Made by a program: the position numbers and the translations under genes. From positions 18,680 to 82,679 of the forward strand of contig CANQXS010000008.1 of NCBI GenBank assembly GCA_947627875.1: a stretch of 64,000 nucleotides of DNA, in the 5' to 3' direction. The DNA is from an uncultured Clostridia bacterium (GTDB lineage Bacteria; Bacillota; Clostridia; Oscillospirales; Ruminococcaceae). Positions 26,404 through 34,241 of this stretch are shown piece by piece; position 1 is the stretch's first letter; each line of letters opens with the position of its first letter. The notes under the pieces were generated by a model. The model was given only the letters and a program-made list of their open reading frames with translations, did not search any database and was not told the origin of the DNA.

Positions 26404-26657
26404 AGGTCATCTGCCTCCTTTATGATTTTTGACGAATGAACGTCCTCATAATCTCTCACTATTTGACGAGCACTATCCTTTATAATATTTAGATGAGCAT
26501 AAATCCTCTGTTTATCAAGCGTAGAAAGCCCCTCGCTCGCAAGTGCTGAATGTTTAAGCAGGTCGCTCATCGTAACACCTTGGGCATCTGCTCTTTTTCT
26601 GAGTTCAGACAGCTCATCGTCCGATACTCTTAAAGTAATAATCTTTGTTTTTGGCAT
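26385..26657 (-). CDS. MobC-like ribbon-helix-helix relaxosome accessory protein
   Basis: The likely start is at 26657 (MPKTKIITLRVSDDELSELRKRADAQGVTMSDLLK...). The longer ORF-track N-terminus looks spurious. Confidence 0.6.
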   Translation of the reverse strand: MPKTKIITLRVSDDELSELRKRADAQGVTMSDLLKHSALASEGLSTLDKQRIYAHLNIIKDSARQIVRDYEDVHSSKIIKEADDLWQLLS

Positions 26658-26954
26658 GTAGTAACCTCTTTTCGTAGTAACATTATATTGAGATAAATGA
26701 ACTGTAGGGTATATACAGTATAGGAATATAACGAATAATGTGAAACAAAACGCGAGAATCACCACAACTGACAGCCTCCCCATAGGAGGATAATAGGAGC
26801 GAGGATGTGCAAACGTAATACACACCCTTAAAAATATGTTAGGTCAATGTAAAACTTAAAAGCAGAGTGGTCGGACGGCTGCTCTCGTTTCGCATTTTCG
26901 CAAAATCTCAGCTGTATATCATATTTCTGAAATAATATGATTGGAGGCACCGCC

Positions 26955-27125
26955 GTGAAGAAAAAGCTTAACTTCCGCTTCCATGACCCCAATCCGACGG
27001 GCGTCGCCGCTGAACACATTCTCAAAGAACTTGTTGCTGCTAATATGCCGAAAGCTGAGCGGGCTGTCAGGGAAGCGAAGATGAGGGAAACCGTTTTGAA
27101 AAACAAAAATAACCGCTCTGCCTGA
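26955..27125 (+). CDS. Small basic protein (56 aa) immediately upstream of the large serine recombinase
   Basis: GTG start 7 nt after GGAGG. It is a paralog of 17815-17985. Confidence 0.55.
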   Translation: MKKKLNFRFHDPNPTGVAAEHILKELVAANMPKAERAVREAKMRETVLKNKNNRSA

Positions 27126-27142
27126 CGGAGCGGTTTCCCCTC

Positions 27143-27171
27143 TTGCATTTTATTTTTTGTTGTGATATAAT
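27143..27171 (+). promoter_or_regulatory. Sigma-A-type promoter (TTGCAT-17 nt-TATAAT, TGn-extended) for the recombinase gene
   Basis: Read directly: TTGCAT TTTATTTTTTGTTGTGA TATAAT. Confidence 0.5.
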
Positions 27172-27210
27172 AGTAGTAACGGAATGTCATTTTCAAATTA
27201 GAGAGGTATT

Positions 27211-28749
27211 ATGATGAATATTGCCGCATACTGCCGAGTTTCGACAGATAAGGAAGATCAGCTCAACAGCCTTGAAGCGCAGAAATCCTTCTTTTCGGAA
27301 TACTGCGAAAAGACCGGAGACAACCTTGTCAGGCTCTATGCCGATGAGGGAATCTCGGGCACAAAGACTAAAAACCGCAGGGAATTTCTTCAGATGATGT
27401 CGGACGCCGAACACGGACTTTTCCAGATGGTCGTCGTCAAGGACATTTCCCGCTTTGCGAGAAACACCGTAGATCTTTTGCAGAATATCCGCAAGCTGAA
27501 AGCGATGGGCATTGAAACGCAGTTTCTGACCGCGAATATGACGAGCATGGGCAACAGCGAGTTTGTGCTGACCGTTTTCGGCGCACTCGCGCAGGAGGAG
27601 AGCAACAACACCTCGAAGCGCGTAAAATTCGGCAAGAAGATAAATGCCGAGAAAGGGCGGGTGCCGAATATCGTCTACGGCTATGATAAGACCATCGGCG
27701 ACTATTTCAATCTGACTATAAACGAGGAAGAAGCCGAAGTTGTCCGGCAGATTTTTAAATGGTACACCAAAGACGGATACGGAGCATCGAAAATCGCGTC
27801 GATGCTTAATGAGCGAAAACTGCGCACAAAGCGCGACTGCCAGTGGAGCCAGAACGCGATTTGCCGTATTCTTACAAATGAGCTTTACACCGGCAAAATC
27901 ATCAACGGCAAGCAGGAGGTCGCCGACTTTCTGACTGGCAAGCGCACCGAAAAGGATTCGGAGGAGTGGATAGTCGTCGAAAGGTCGGAGCTTGGAATTA
28001 TCGAGCCTGAGGTCTTTGACGAGGCCCAGAAAATCCTCAGCGAAAGAAGCAAAGCCTTTAAATTCACAAGCGAGCGGCACAGTAATCAGTATCTGTTTTC
28101 AACGCTGATAAAGTGCAAGCATTGCGGCTGGTCGTTTAGGCGAATGGTCAGGACATATAAAAACACCTATGTGCGCTGGGTCTGCTCGGGGCATAATATG
28201 CAGGGCGCAGAAAGCTGCCCGAACGCGGTCGCCGTCGATGAGGACGAGCTCATTAACGCTCTTGAGGAGTATTTTGCAGGACTGCTCAAAGACAAAAAGA
28301 ACGTCATACGCCGCGTGGTGAGCGAGTTTGAGCGAGTCTACAAGGCGAAAGATGAAAACGAAAATCTTGAAAAAGAGCTGAAAGCAAAGATCTCGAAGCT
28401 CGAAAAGACGCGCAAAAAATATATGGACATGTTCACCGACGAAATCATCTCCCGCAAGGAGCTGAACGAAAAACTCGGCGGGTCGCTTAAGGAGATGGAG
28501 CGGCTTGAAAACGAGCTGAAGATGGTATCGTATCATATCACCCGCAGTGAGCAGCTCGAAAACATTCTCAACAACACGTTTAAGGAGATTGAGAATATCA
28601 CCGACCTGCGGAGCATGACTAACGCGCAGCTAAAGCGGATAATCCAGAAAATCGAGGTCGATAAGGACGGCAATGTTGACATTTACCTGCGGCTTTTCGG
28701 GGATTTGGGGCTCGACAGTACCGTTCTAATTTGCGACGACCATACATAA
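27211..28749 (+). CDS. Large serine recombinase (integrase/excisionase of the SpoIVCA/SprA/TndX class)
   Basis: 512-aa ORF. AAYCRVSTDKEDQLNSLEAQ holds the catalytic Ser. It also has the recombinase domain, a Cys zinc-ribbon (CKHCGWSF...WVCSGH...CPN) and a coiled-coil region. Confidence 0.92.
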   Translation: MMNIAAYCRVSTDKEDQLNSLEAQKSFFSEYCEKTGDNLVRLYADEGISGTKTKNRREFLQMMSDAEHGLFQMVVVKDISRFARNTVDLLQNIRKLKAMGIETQFLTANMTSMGNSEFVLTVFGALAQEESNNTSKRVKFGKKINAEKGRVPNIVYGYDKTIGDYFNLTINEEEAEVVRQIFKWYTKDGYGASKIASMLNERKLRTKRDCQWSQNAICRILTNELYTGKIINGKQEVADFLTGKRTEKDSEEWIVVERSELGIIEPEVFDEAQKILSERSKAFKFTSERHSNQYLFSTLIKCKHCGWSFRRMVRTYKNTYVRWVCSGHNMQGAESCPNAVAVDEDELINALEEYFAGLLKDKKNVIRRVVSEFERVYKAKDENENLEKELKAKISKLEKTRKKYMDMFTDEIISRKELNEKLGGSLKEMERLENELKMVSYHITRSEQLENILNNTFKEIENITDLRSMTNAQLKRIIQKIEVDKDGNVDIYLRLFGDLGLDSTVLICDDHT

Positions 28750-28894
28750 AGACGTCAGCGAGCGGCTGAAAAAGGTTAAGCCGTCGCTTTACAAAGAGGT
28801 TCGTGTAATTTTAGACATAAACAAGCAGGAGCGCCACATTCGCGGCGGAGAAGCAACGAAGCAGAAATACAGGGAACTCTCGGGAATAAAATAG
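28742..28894 (+). pseudogene. spoIIID: 3' fragment (about 50 codons) of sporulation regulator gene spoIIID, lacking its start and 5' half
   Basis: The translation IHKDVSERLKKVKPSLYKEVRVILDINKQERHIRGGEATKQKYRELSGIK* matches the SpoIIID C-terminal half (..VHKDLTERLP...HKSIRHLRGGEATKLKYKK). An in-frame stop lies at 28727-28729 and there is no start codon. Confidence 0.85.
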
Positions 28895-28899
28895 CAAGA

Positions 28900-28932
28900 G
28901 CCCGCCTCCGTTCTGGGGGCGGGTCGCTTTTA
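28900..28932 (+). terminator. Intrinsic terminator of spoIIID
   Basis: Stem CCCGCCTCC / GGGGGCGGG followed by TCGCTTTTAATT. Confidence 0.65.
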
Positions 28933-28965
28933 ATTGCTTCGCTTTTAGCCGCACTGTATCCGTTC

Positions 28966-29076
28966 GGGAATGTCCGAAACGACCACATTTAATTGAAATG
29001 TGGTAAGTGGAAAGTGTTTAGTAACGGCGAATTGTCCGGCAAAAAATTTTATAATGTGGTGGAAATGGACACTCCC
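28966..29076 (+). mobile_element. MITE copy B (111 bp)
   Basis: Terminal inverted repeats are GGGAATGTCC...ACCACATT and AATGTGGT...GGACACTCCC. It is flanked by a perfect 9-bp direct repeat TATCCGTTC (28957-28965 and 29077-29085). Confidence 0.75.
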
Positions 29077-29092
29077 TATCCGTTCATAAGTC

Positions 29093-29121
29093 TTGCAATT
29101 TTCCGAAAAGCGTAGTATAAT
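29093..29121 (+). promoter_or_regulatory. Sigma-A-type promoter (TTGCAA-17 nt-TATAAT) for the cysteine desulfurase-thiI cluster
   Basis: Read directly: TTGCAA TTTTCCGAAAAGCGTAG TATAAT. Confidence 0.55.
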
Positions 29122-29224
29122 TATGGTGTATATATTATCAGTCGGAAAATGTGACGGAAAAATAAAATTTTTCGGCGCCGCAAGCTTTTGGCGGTGCAAA
29201 AAGTATTATTATCGGGAGAAAAAT

Positions 29225-30370
29225 ATGATATATCTTGACAACGCGGCGACTACAAAGGTCTGCCGCGAAGCCTCGGAAGCCGCCTGCTATGCGATGACCG
29301 AAGTTTTCGGGAACCCTTCGAGCCTCCACCGCCTCGGGATAGAAGCCGAAAAGCTCGTAAGCTTTTCCTCGGAAATAATTTCTCGGGCGCTGGGCTCTCA
29401 GCCGTCGGAGGTTATTTTCACATCGGGAGCGACGGAATCGAGCAACCTTGCGATTTTCGGTCTCGCCGAGAACTACGGGCGCAGAAAAAAGCGGATAGTC
29501 ACCACCTCTATAGAGCACCCGTCGGTGCTCGAGCCGATGAAAAAGTTAGCCGAAAGAGGCTTTGAGCTCAAAATCGTCGACCCGGACGAAAACGGCGAGA
29601 TAACCGAAGAAGCGCTCGTCTCAGCCGTAGACGGCGGCACCTGCCTGATAAGCGCGATGCTCGTAAACAACGAGACCGGCTATATCCTGCCGATAGAGCG
29701 CGCGTTTTCGAGGATAAAAAAGCTCTATCCCGACTGCATGACCCACTGCGACTGCGTTCAGGGGTTTATGAAGCTTCCGGTAAAGGCGAAAGCCCTTTCC
29801 GCCGACGCGATATCGCTCAGCGGACATAAGATACACGCACCGAAGGGTATCGGCGCGCTTTGGATAAAAAAGGGCGTCCGCGTTGCCCCAACGGTATTCG
29901 GCGGAGGGCAGCAGGGAGGGATCCGCTCGGGGACCGAAGCTGTTCCGTCGATATATGCCTTTGCAAAGGCTGTGGAGGCGCTTATGCCCACCGTTTCGGA
30001 AAGGTTCGAACACGCCTGCGGGATTCGGGACTACGCCGTTAAAAAGCTTTCGGAGGCGGGAGCGATAATAAACTCGAAGAGCGGCGGAAGCCCTTATATC
30101 CTGAGCGTTTCGCTGCCCTGTATAAAGAGCGAAACTCTGCTCCATTTTCTTGAAAGCAAGGATATATTCGTTTCGAGCGGTTCCGCCTGTTCGCGCGGAA
30201 AAAAGAGCGGCGTTCTTAGGGCGTTCGGGCTCTCGGACGGAATTATCGACTCGACAGTAAGGATAAGCACTTCTCCGAAGACCTCAGAGAGCGACATCGA
30301 AGCCCTTGCGGAGGGCTTCAGGGAGGCATCGAAGACGCTTGTAAAGACATCTAAAATACGGAGGATATAA
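29225..30370 (+). CDS. Cysteine desulfurase (NifS/IscS family)
   Basis: The start is MIYLDNAATTKV. SGHKIHAPKGIG holds the PLP lysine. GSACS is present near the C-terminus. The ORF-track start at 29093 is too early. Confidence 0.88.
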   Translation: MIYLDNAATTKVCREASEAACYAMTEVFGNPSSLHRLGIEAEKLVSFSSEIISRALGSQPSEVIFTSGATESSNLAIFGLAENYGRRKKRIVTTSIEHPSVLEPMKKLAERGFELKIVDPDENGEITEEALVSAVDGGTCLISAMLVNNETGYILPIERAFSRIKKLYPDCMTHCDCVQGFMKLPVKAKALSADAISLSGHKIHAPKGIGALWIKKGVRVAPTVFGGGQQGGIRSGTEAVPSIYAFAKAVEALMPTVSERFEHACGIRDYAVKKLSEAGAIINSKSGGSPYILSVSLPCIKSETLLHFLESKDIFVSSGSACSRGKKSGVLRAFGLSDGIIDSTVRISTSPKTSESDIEALAEGFREASKTLVKTSKIRRI

Positions 30371-31546
30371 ATGAAAGAGATAATACTTTGCAAATACGGC
30401 GAGATCGTCCTCAAGGGGCTCAACAGGGGCACCTTTGAAAGCGAGCTTATGAAAAACGTCCGCCGCAGGCTCAAGCCCCTCGGCAATTTCAGCCTCAAAT
30501 CGGCGCAGTCTACGCTTTACGTCGAGCCGCTCGACGACGAAATCGATATGGACGAGGTATTTGACCGCCTTAAGAAGGTATACGGCATAACAAAGCTCAG
30601 CCGCGCCGTGGGCGTTGAGAAAAACGTCAAGAGCATTTTTGAGGCGGCATATGAGCGCTTCGGCGACATTTTAAAAGTGTCAAAGAGCTTTAAAGTCGCG
30701 GCAAAGCGCTCCGACAAGAGCTTTTACCTGACTTCGCCCGAGCTCGCGGCACAGATAGGCGGAATGATCCTCGAAAAGCTCCCGCATTTAAAAGTCGATC
30801 TCTTCGAGCCGGACGTGACGATAGTCTGCGAGATACGCGCCGAGGGTGCGTATATACACGATATAGCCGAGGACGGCGCGGGGGGCATACCCGTGGGGAC
30901 GTCGGGACAGGGGCTATTGCTGCTCTCCGGAGGAATAGACTCCCCCGTTGCGGGCTGCATGCTCGCAAAGCGCGGAGTGATAATTTCGGCGATACACTTC
31001 GAGGCCCCGCCCTATACCTCGGAAAGAGCGCTGATGAAGGTTGAGAAGCTGGCGGCGAAGATGTCGGAATACTGCGGAAGGATAAGTTTTTACACGGTTC
31101 CGTTCACGAGGATTCAGGAAGAGATAAAAAACAACTGCCCCGAAGAATACTTCACGCTGATAATGCGCAGGCTTATGATGGAAATAGCCCAGAGAGTAGC
31201 CGAAAAGAACGGCATCGAGGCGATTATTACCGGCGAGAGCCTCGGGCAGGTAGCCTCGCAGACGATGGCGGCTATGGTCACTACCGACGCGGTATGCCGT
31301 ATGCCGGTGTTCAGACCCTGTATCGGGCTGGATAAACGGGAAATAATCGACATATCATACAAATTGGGGACATATGAGATATCCATAGAACCCTATGAGG
31401 ACTGCTGCACGGTGTTCACTCCGCGACACCCGAAGACAAAGCCGGTGCTCTCTGACGTCGAAAAGGCGCAGGCGATGTATGACTTCGAGCCGCTTATAGC
31501 CGAGGCAGTGGAAAACACAAGGGTCAAAAACATAAAGTCGTACTGA
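30371..31546 (+). CDS. thiI: tRNA 4-thiouridine(8) synthase
   Basis: 391-aa ORF with an N-terminal ferredoxin-like/THUMP region and the PP-loop LLSGGIDSPVA. Confidence 0.9.
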   Translation: MKEIILCKYGEIVLKGLNRGTFESELMKNVRRRLKPLGNFSLKSAQSTLYVEPLDDEIDMDEVFDRLKKVYGITKLSRAVGVEKNVKSIFEAAYERFGDILKVSKSFKVAAKRSDKSFYLTSPELAAQIGGMILEKLPHLKVDLFEPDVTIVCEIRAEGAYIHDIAEDGAGGIPVGTSGQGLLLLSGGIDSPVAGCMLAKRGVIISAIHFEAPPYTSERALMKVEKLAAKMSEYCGRISFYTVPFTRIQEEIKNNCPEEYFTLIMRRLMMEIAQRVAEKNGIEAIITGESLGQVASQTMAAMVTTDAVCRMPVFRPCIGLDKREIIDISYKLGTYEISIEPYEDCCTVFTPRHPKTKPVLSDVEKAQAMYDFEPLIAEAVENTRVKNIKSY

Positions 31547-31559
31547 CGGGAGAAACGAA

Positions 31560-32111
31560 ATGAGCAGTCTGAGAGACGGCAAGGTGCCTTTTACCGAAGC
31601 GGGAATAAGCGCATATATTGACAGAACGGCACGAAATGTGGTACAATATATGATTGAGAAGAATTTGACTGTCTCCGCAGCGGAGAGCTGCACCGGCGGG
31701 ATACTCAGCGCCGCGATAACCTCTGTCCCGGGGGCGTCAAAGATCTTCGAATGCGGGATAGTCTCATATTCCGAGAGGATAAAAGAGGAAATACTCGGCG
31801 TTCCGGCGGAGATAATCGACGGATACGGGGTAGTAAGCGCGCAGACGGCGGAAGCTATGGCAAAAGCCGTGAAAAAGCTCTCGGGAAGCGATATTTCGGT
31901 AGGGATAACGGGGCTTGCGGGTCCTGCCTCGCCGAGCGACGCTCTCCCTGTGGGAACGGTTTATGTATCAACAGCATATAAGGACAGAATAATTGCCGAA
32001 AACCTGAAGCTTTACGAGCTCGGCAGCTTCGACCGCGGGATCAACCGCCTGCTTGCGGCGGCTTTCGCCCTCGAAGCCATTCAGAAGCGGCTCGGGCTTA
32101 ACGGGAACTGA
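31560..32111 (+). CDS. CinA C-terminal domain protein / nicotinamide-nucleotide amidohydrolase (PncC-like)
   Basis: LTVSAAESCTGGILSAAITSVPGASKIF and ITGLAGP are present. The start codon is uncertain. Confidence 0.8.
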   Translation: MSSLRDGKVPFTEAGISAYIDRTARNVVQYMIEKNLTVSAAESCTGGILSAAITSVPGASKIFECGIVSYSERIKEEILGVPAEIIDGYGVVSAQTAEAMAKAVKKLSGSDISVGITGLAGPASPSDALPVGTVYVSTAYKDRIIAENLKLYELGSFDRGINRLLAAAFALEAIQKRLGLNGN

Positions 32112-32123
32112 AAGGAAGATATT

Positions 32124-33260
32124 ATGTCAATGCTAAACGAAGCCCGCAGGGGCTCGATAACCGACGACCGCGACCGCTCGTTTATGGGCAGGGTCAAGGA
32201 GATCCTCCCCTGGAAGGGCGACAGCATAAAGGAACTGATAAGAAAAGCCGTATTCATCGGGGCGGTCTGCGTTTTGGCGTATTCGGCTTACGACGCTTAT
32301 ATCTACAATTTCGGCTCGAAAACGATGATAAACGACCAGGAACACCTATCCGAGCTCTATAACGGAGTGACTCCGCCGGCTGTGACTACTGCGCCCGTGG
32401 CAAATCCCGACGGCGCTCAGCCCGATACTCCCGAGCCCGACACGCCAGACACCCAGCCCGAGGGAGATACTCCTCAGACCGACCTCCCCGCTTCGAAATA
32501 TCCCGCGGGAATGAGCTTGAATTTTGAGCAGCTCTACGATATTAACCCCGATATAGTCGGCTGGATAAAGGTGGACGGCATCTTCCTTGAAGACACCGAT
32601 ACCCTCGCGATAAATTACCCCGTTGTATTCGGTATCGACAACGACCATTACCTTCACTACGACTTCTTCGGGAACGAAGCCGACTACGGCACACTCTTCA
32701 CCGACTGCCGCGCGAAGGTGAGCGGCGAGGACCGCTCCTCTAACGTTACCATCTACGGTCACAATATGAAGACGGAGTATTATTTCCACCACTTAAGAGA
32801 CTACAACCGCACCAGTCCCACATTTGTCTCGGAGCACAGGCTCGTTGAGTTCGACACGCTCTACAGTCAGGACCAATACATCATTTTCGGCTGCTTCCTC
32901 GTTTCTATCCACGAGAAGGACGACAATCAGCCCATATTCAGATACCACAACTGCGTTGAGTTCAACACCGAAGCCGATTTCGACTACTGGTATAAAAACG
33001 TTCTCTACCGCAATTACTACAAGACCGATATAGAATGCACCTCGAGCGACGAATATCTCACCCTCTCGACCTGCGCTTACGACATCTCGGATTCGAGGTT
33101 CGTCATAGTTGCGCGAAAGCTCCGCGAGGGCGAAGACCCCGCCGCCTATACCTATCTCCAGAATCCCGACAGGCATATGCCTGCGAAGTGGTATAAAGCA
33201 TACGGATACACCGTTCCCGAGGACGACGGTCCCGACTACGAAGCCTACGTCCCCGAATAA
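32124..33260 (+). CDS. Class B sortase with an N-terminal membrane anchor and a Pro/Thr-rich linker
   Basis: 378-aa ORF with NPDIVGWIKVDG...INYPVV, YGHNM and TLSTC...RFVIVARK. Confidence 0.8.
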   Translation: MSMLNEARRGSITDDRDRSFMGRVKEILPWKGDSIKELIRKAVFIGAVCVLAYSAYDAYIYNFGSKTMINDQEHLSELYNGVTPPAVTTAPVANPDGAQPDTPEPDTPDTQPEGDTPQTDLPASKYPAGMSLNFEQLYDINPDIVGWIKVDGIFLEDTDTLAINYPVVFGIDNDHYLHYDFFGNEADYGTLFTDCRAKVSGEDRSSNVTIYGHNMKTEYYFHHLRDYNRTSPTFVSEHRLVEFDTLYSQDQYIIFGCFLVSIHEKDDNQPIFRYHNCVEFNTEADFDYWYKNVLYRNYYKTDIECTSSDEYLTLSTCAYDISDSRFVIVARKLREGEDPAAYTYLQNPDRHMPAKWYKAYGYTVPEDDGPDYEAYVPE

Positions 33261-33280
33261 GCGCTGAAAGGAAAGTATAA

Positions 33281-34192
33281 ATGGAAACACTCAGGAATAA
33301 AATTTTAAGAGCGGCTGCGCTCTCTGCAGCGGCTGTTATCGCTTCGGCGTCGCTCGCCGGCTGCGGAAAGAAAATCGATCCCGAGCCGGAGGTAACGACT
33401 CCGCCGGTAACCAAAGTTACCGAGGCGACGACCGTTCCGACGACGGTTACCGAGGTAACGACCACCGAGCCCCCGCCGGTAGAGCCCGACCCGCTCGAAA
33501 AATATCTTGAGTATTATGAGGAAAACAACGATTTCGTTGGCTGGATAAGGATAGACGGCATAACCCATTCCAACGGCGACCCTTGGATAGACTACCCCGT
33601 TGTTCAGGGCGACGACAACTCGTATTACATAGACCACAGCTTTGAGAACAAAAAATCCTCCTCGGGAGCGATTTACGCCGACTATAAGATCCCGATAACC
33701 GGTCTCGATATGGCGGACAACGTCACTCTTTACGGTCACAGCATGAAAAACGGCACCTTCTTCCGCCACCTGCTCGACTATGAGACCACGAGCACCAAGA
33801 CCGTAAACAAAGCCTATATCATCAACTTCGACACCCGCTGGGAGGAGGCGCAGTATGTTATCGTCTCCTGCTTCCAGATAGGTATTTACGACTGGCAGGA
33901 CGACCTCCCTCTCTTTGAATACTTCAAGTGCCGCAATTTCGACACCGAAGACGACTACAACTACTTCTACGAAAACATAATGCTCCGCAGCTTCTTCACC
34001 TCCGGCGTTGAATGCGAATTCGGAGATCAGTTCCTGACCCTCTCGACCTGCGAATACAACATCGGCGACGATTCGAGATTCGTGGTAGTTGCGAGAAAGG
34101 TCCGCGAGGGCGAGGACCCTTCGGTATATGCCGGAACCTACGAATTTAACGAGCATCGGCACAGACCCTCGCACTATTATTCCAACAAGTGA
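33281..34192 (+). CDS. Class B sortase paralog (lipoprotein-type signal peptide, Thr/Pro-rich linker)
   Basis: 303-aa ORF with NNDFVGWIRIDG...IDYPVVQGDDNSYY, YGHSM and TLSTC...RFVVVARK. Confidence 0.8.
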   Translation: METLRNKILRAAALSAAAVIASASLAGCGKKIDPEPEVTTPPVTKVTEATTVPTTVTEVTTTEPPPVEPDPLEKYLEYYEENNDFVGWIRIDGITHSNGDPWIDYPVVQGDDNSYYIDHSFENKKSSSGAIYADYKIPITGLDMADNVTLYGHSMKNGTFFRHLLDYETTSTKTVNKAYIINFDTRWEEAQYVIVSCFQIGIYDWQDDLPLFEYFKCRNFDTEDDYNYFYENIMLRSFFTSGVECEFGDQFLTLSTCEYNIGDDSRFVVVARKVREGEDPSVYAGTYEFNEHRHRPSHYYSNK

Positions 34193-34241
34193 TTATTTTT
34201 ACAGAATATGGCAATAATTCTGACGGAAAGGACGTGACAGA

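Noticed and set aside
27193-28080. 295-aa minus-strand ORF, plus 28099-28536.
   Set aside because: It is antisense to the large serine recombinase, whose catalytic and zinc-ribbon motifs are clear.
29100-29224. Possible riboswitch or leader upstream of the cysteine desulfurase gene.
   Set aside because: Only weak 4-bp stems are present, and I recognise no conserved riboswitch core.
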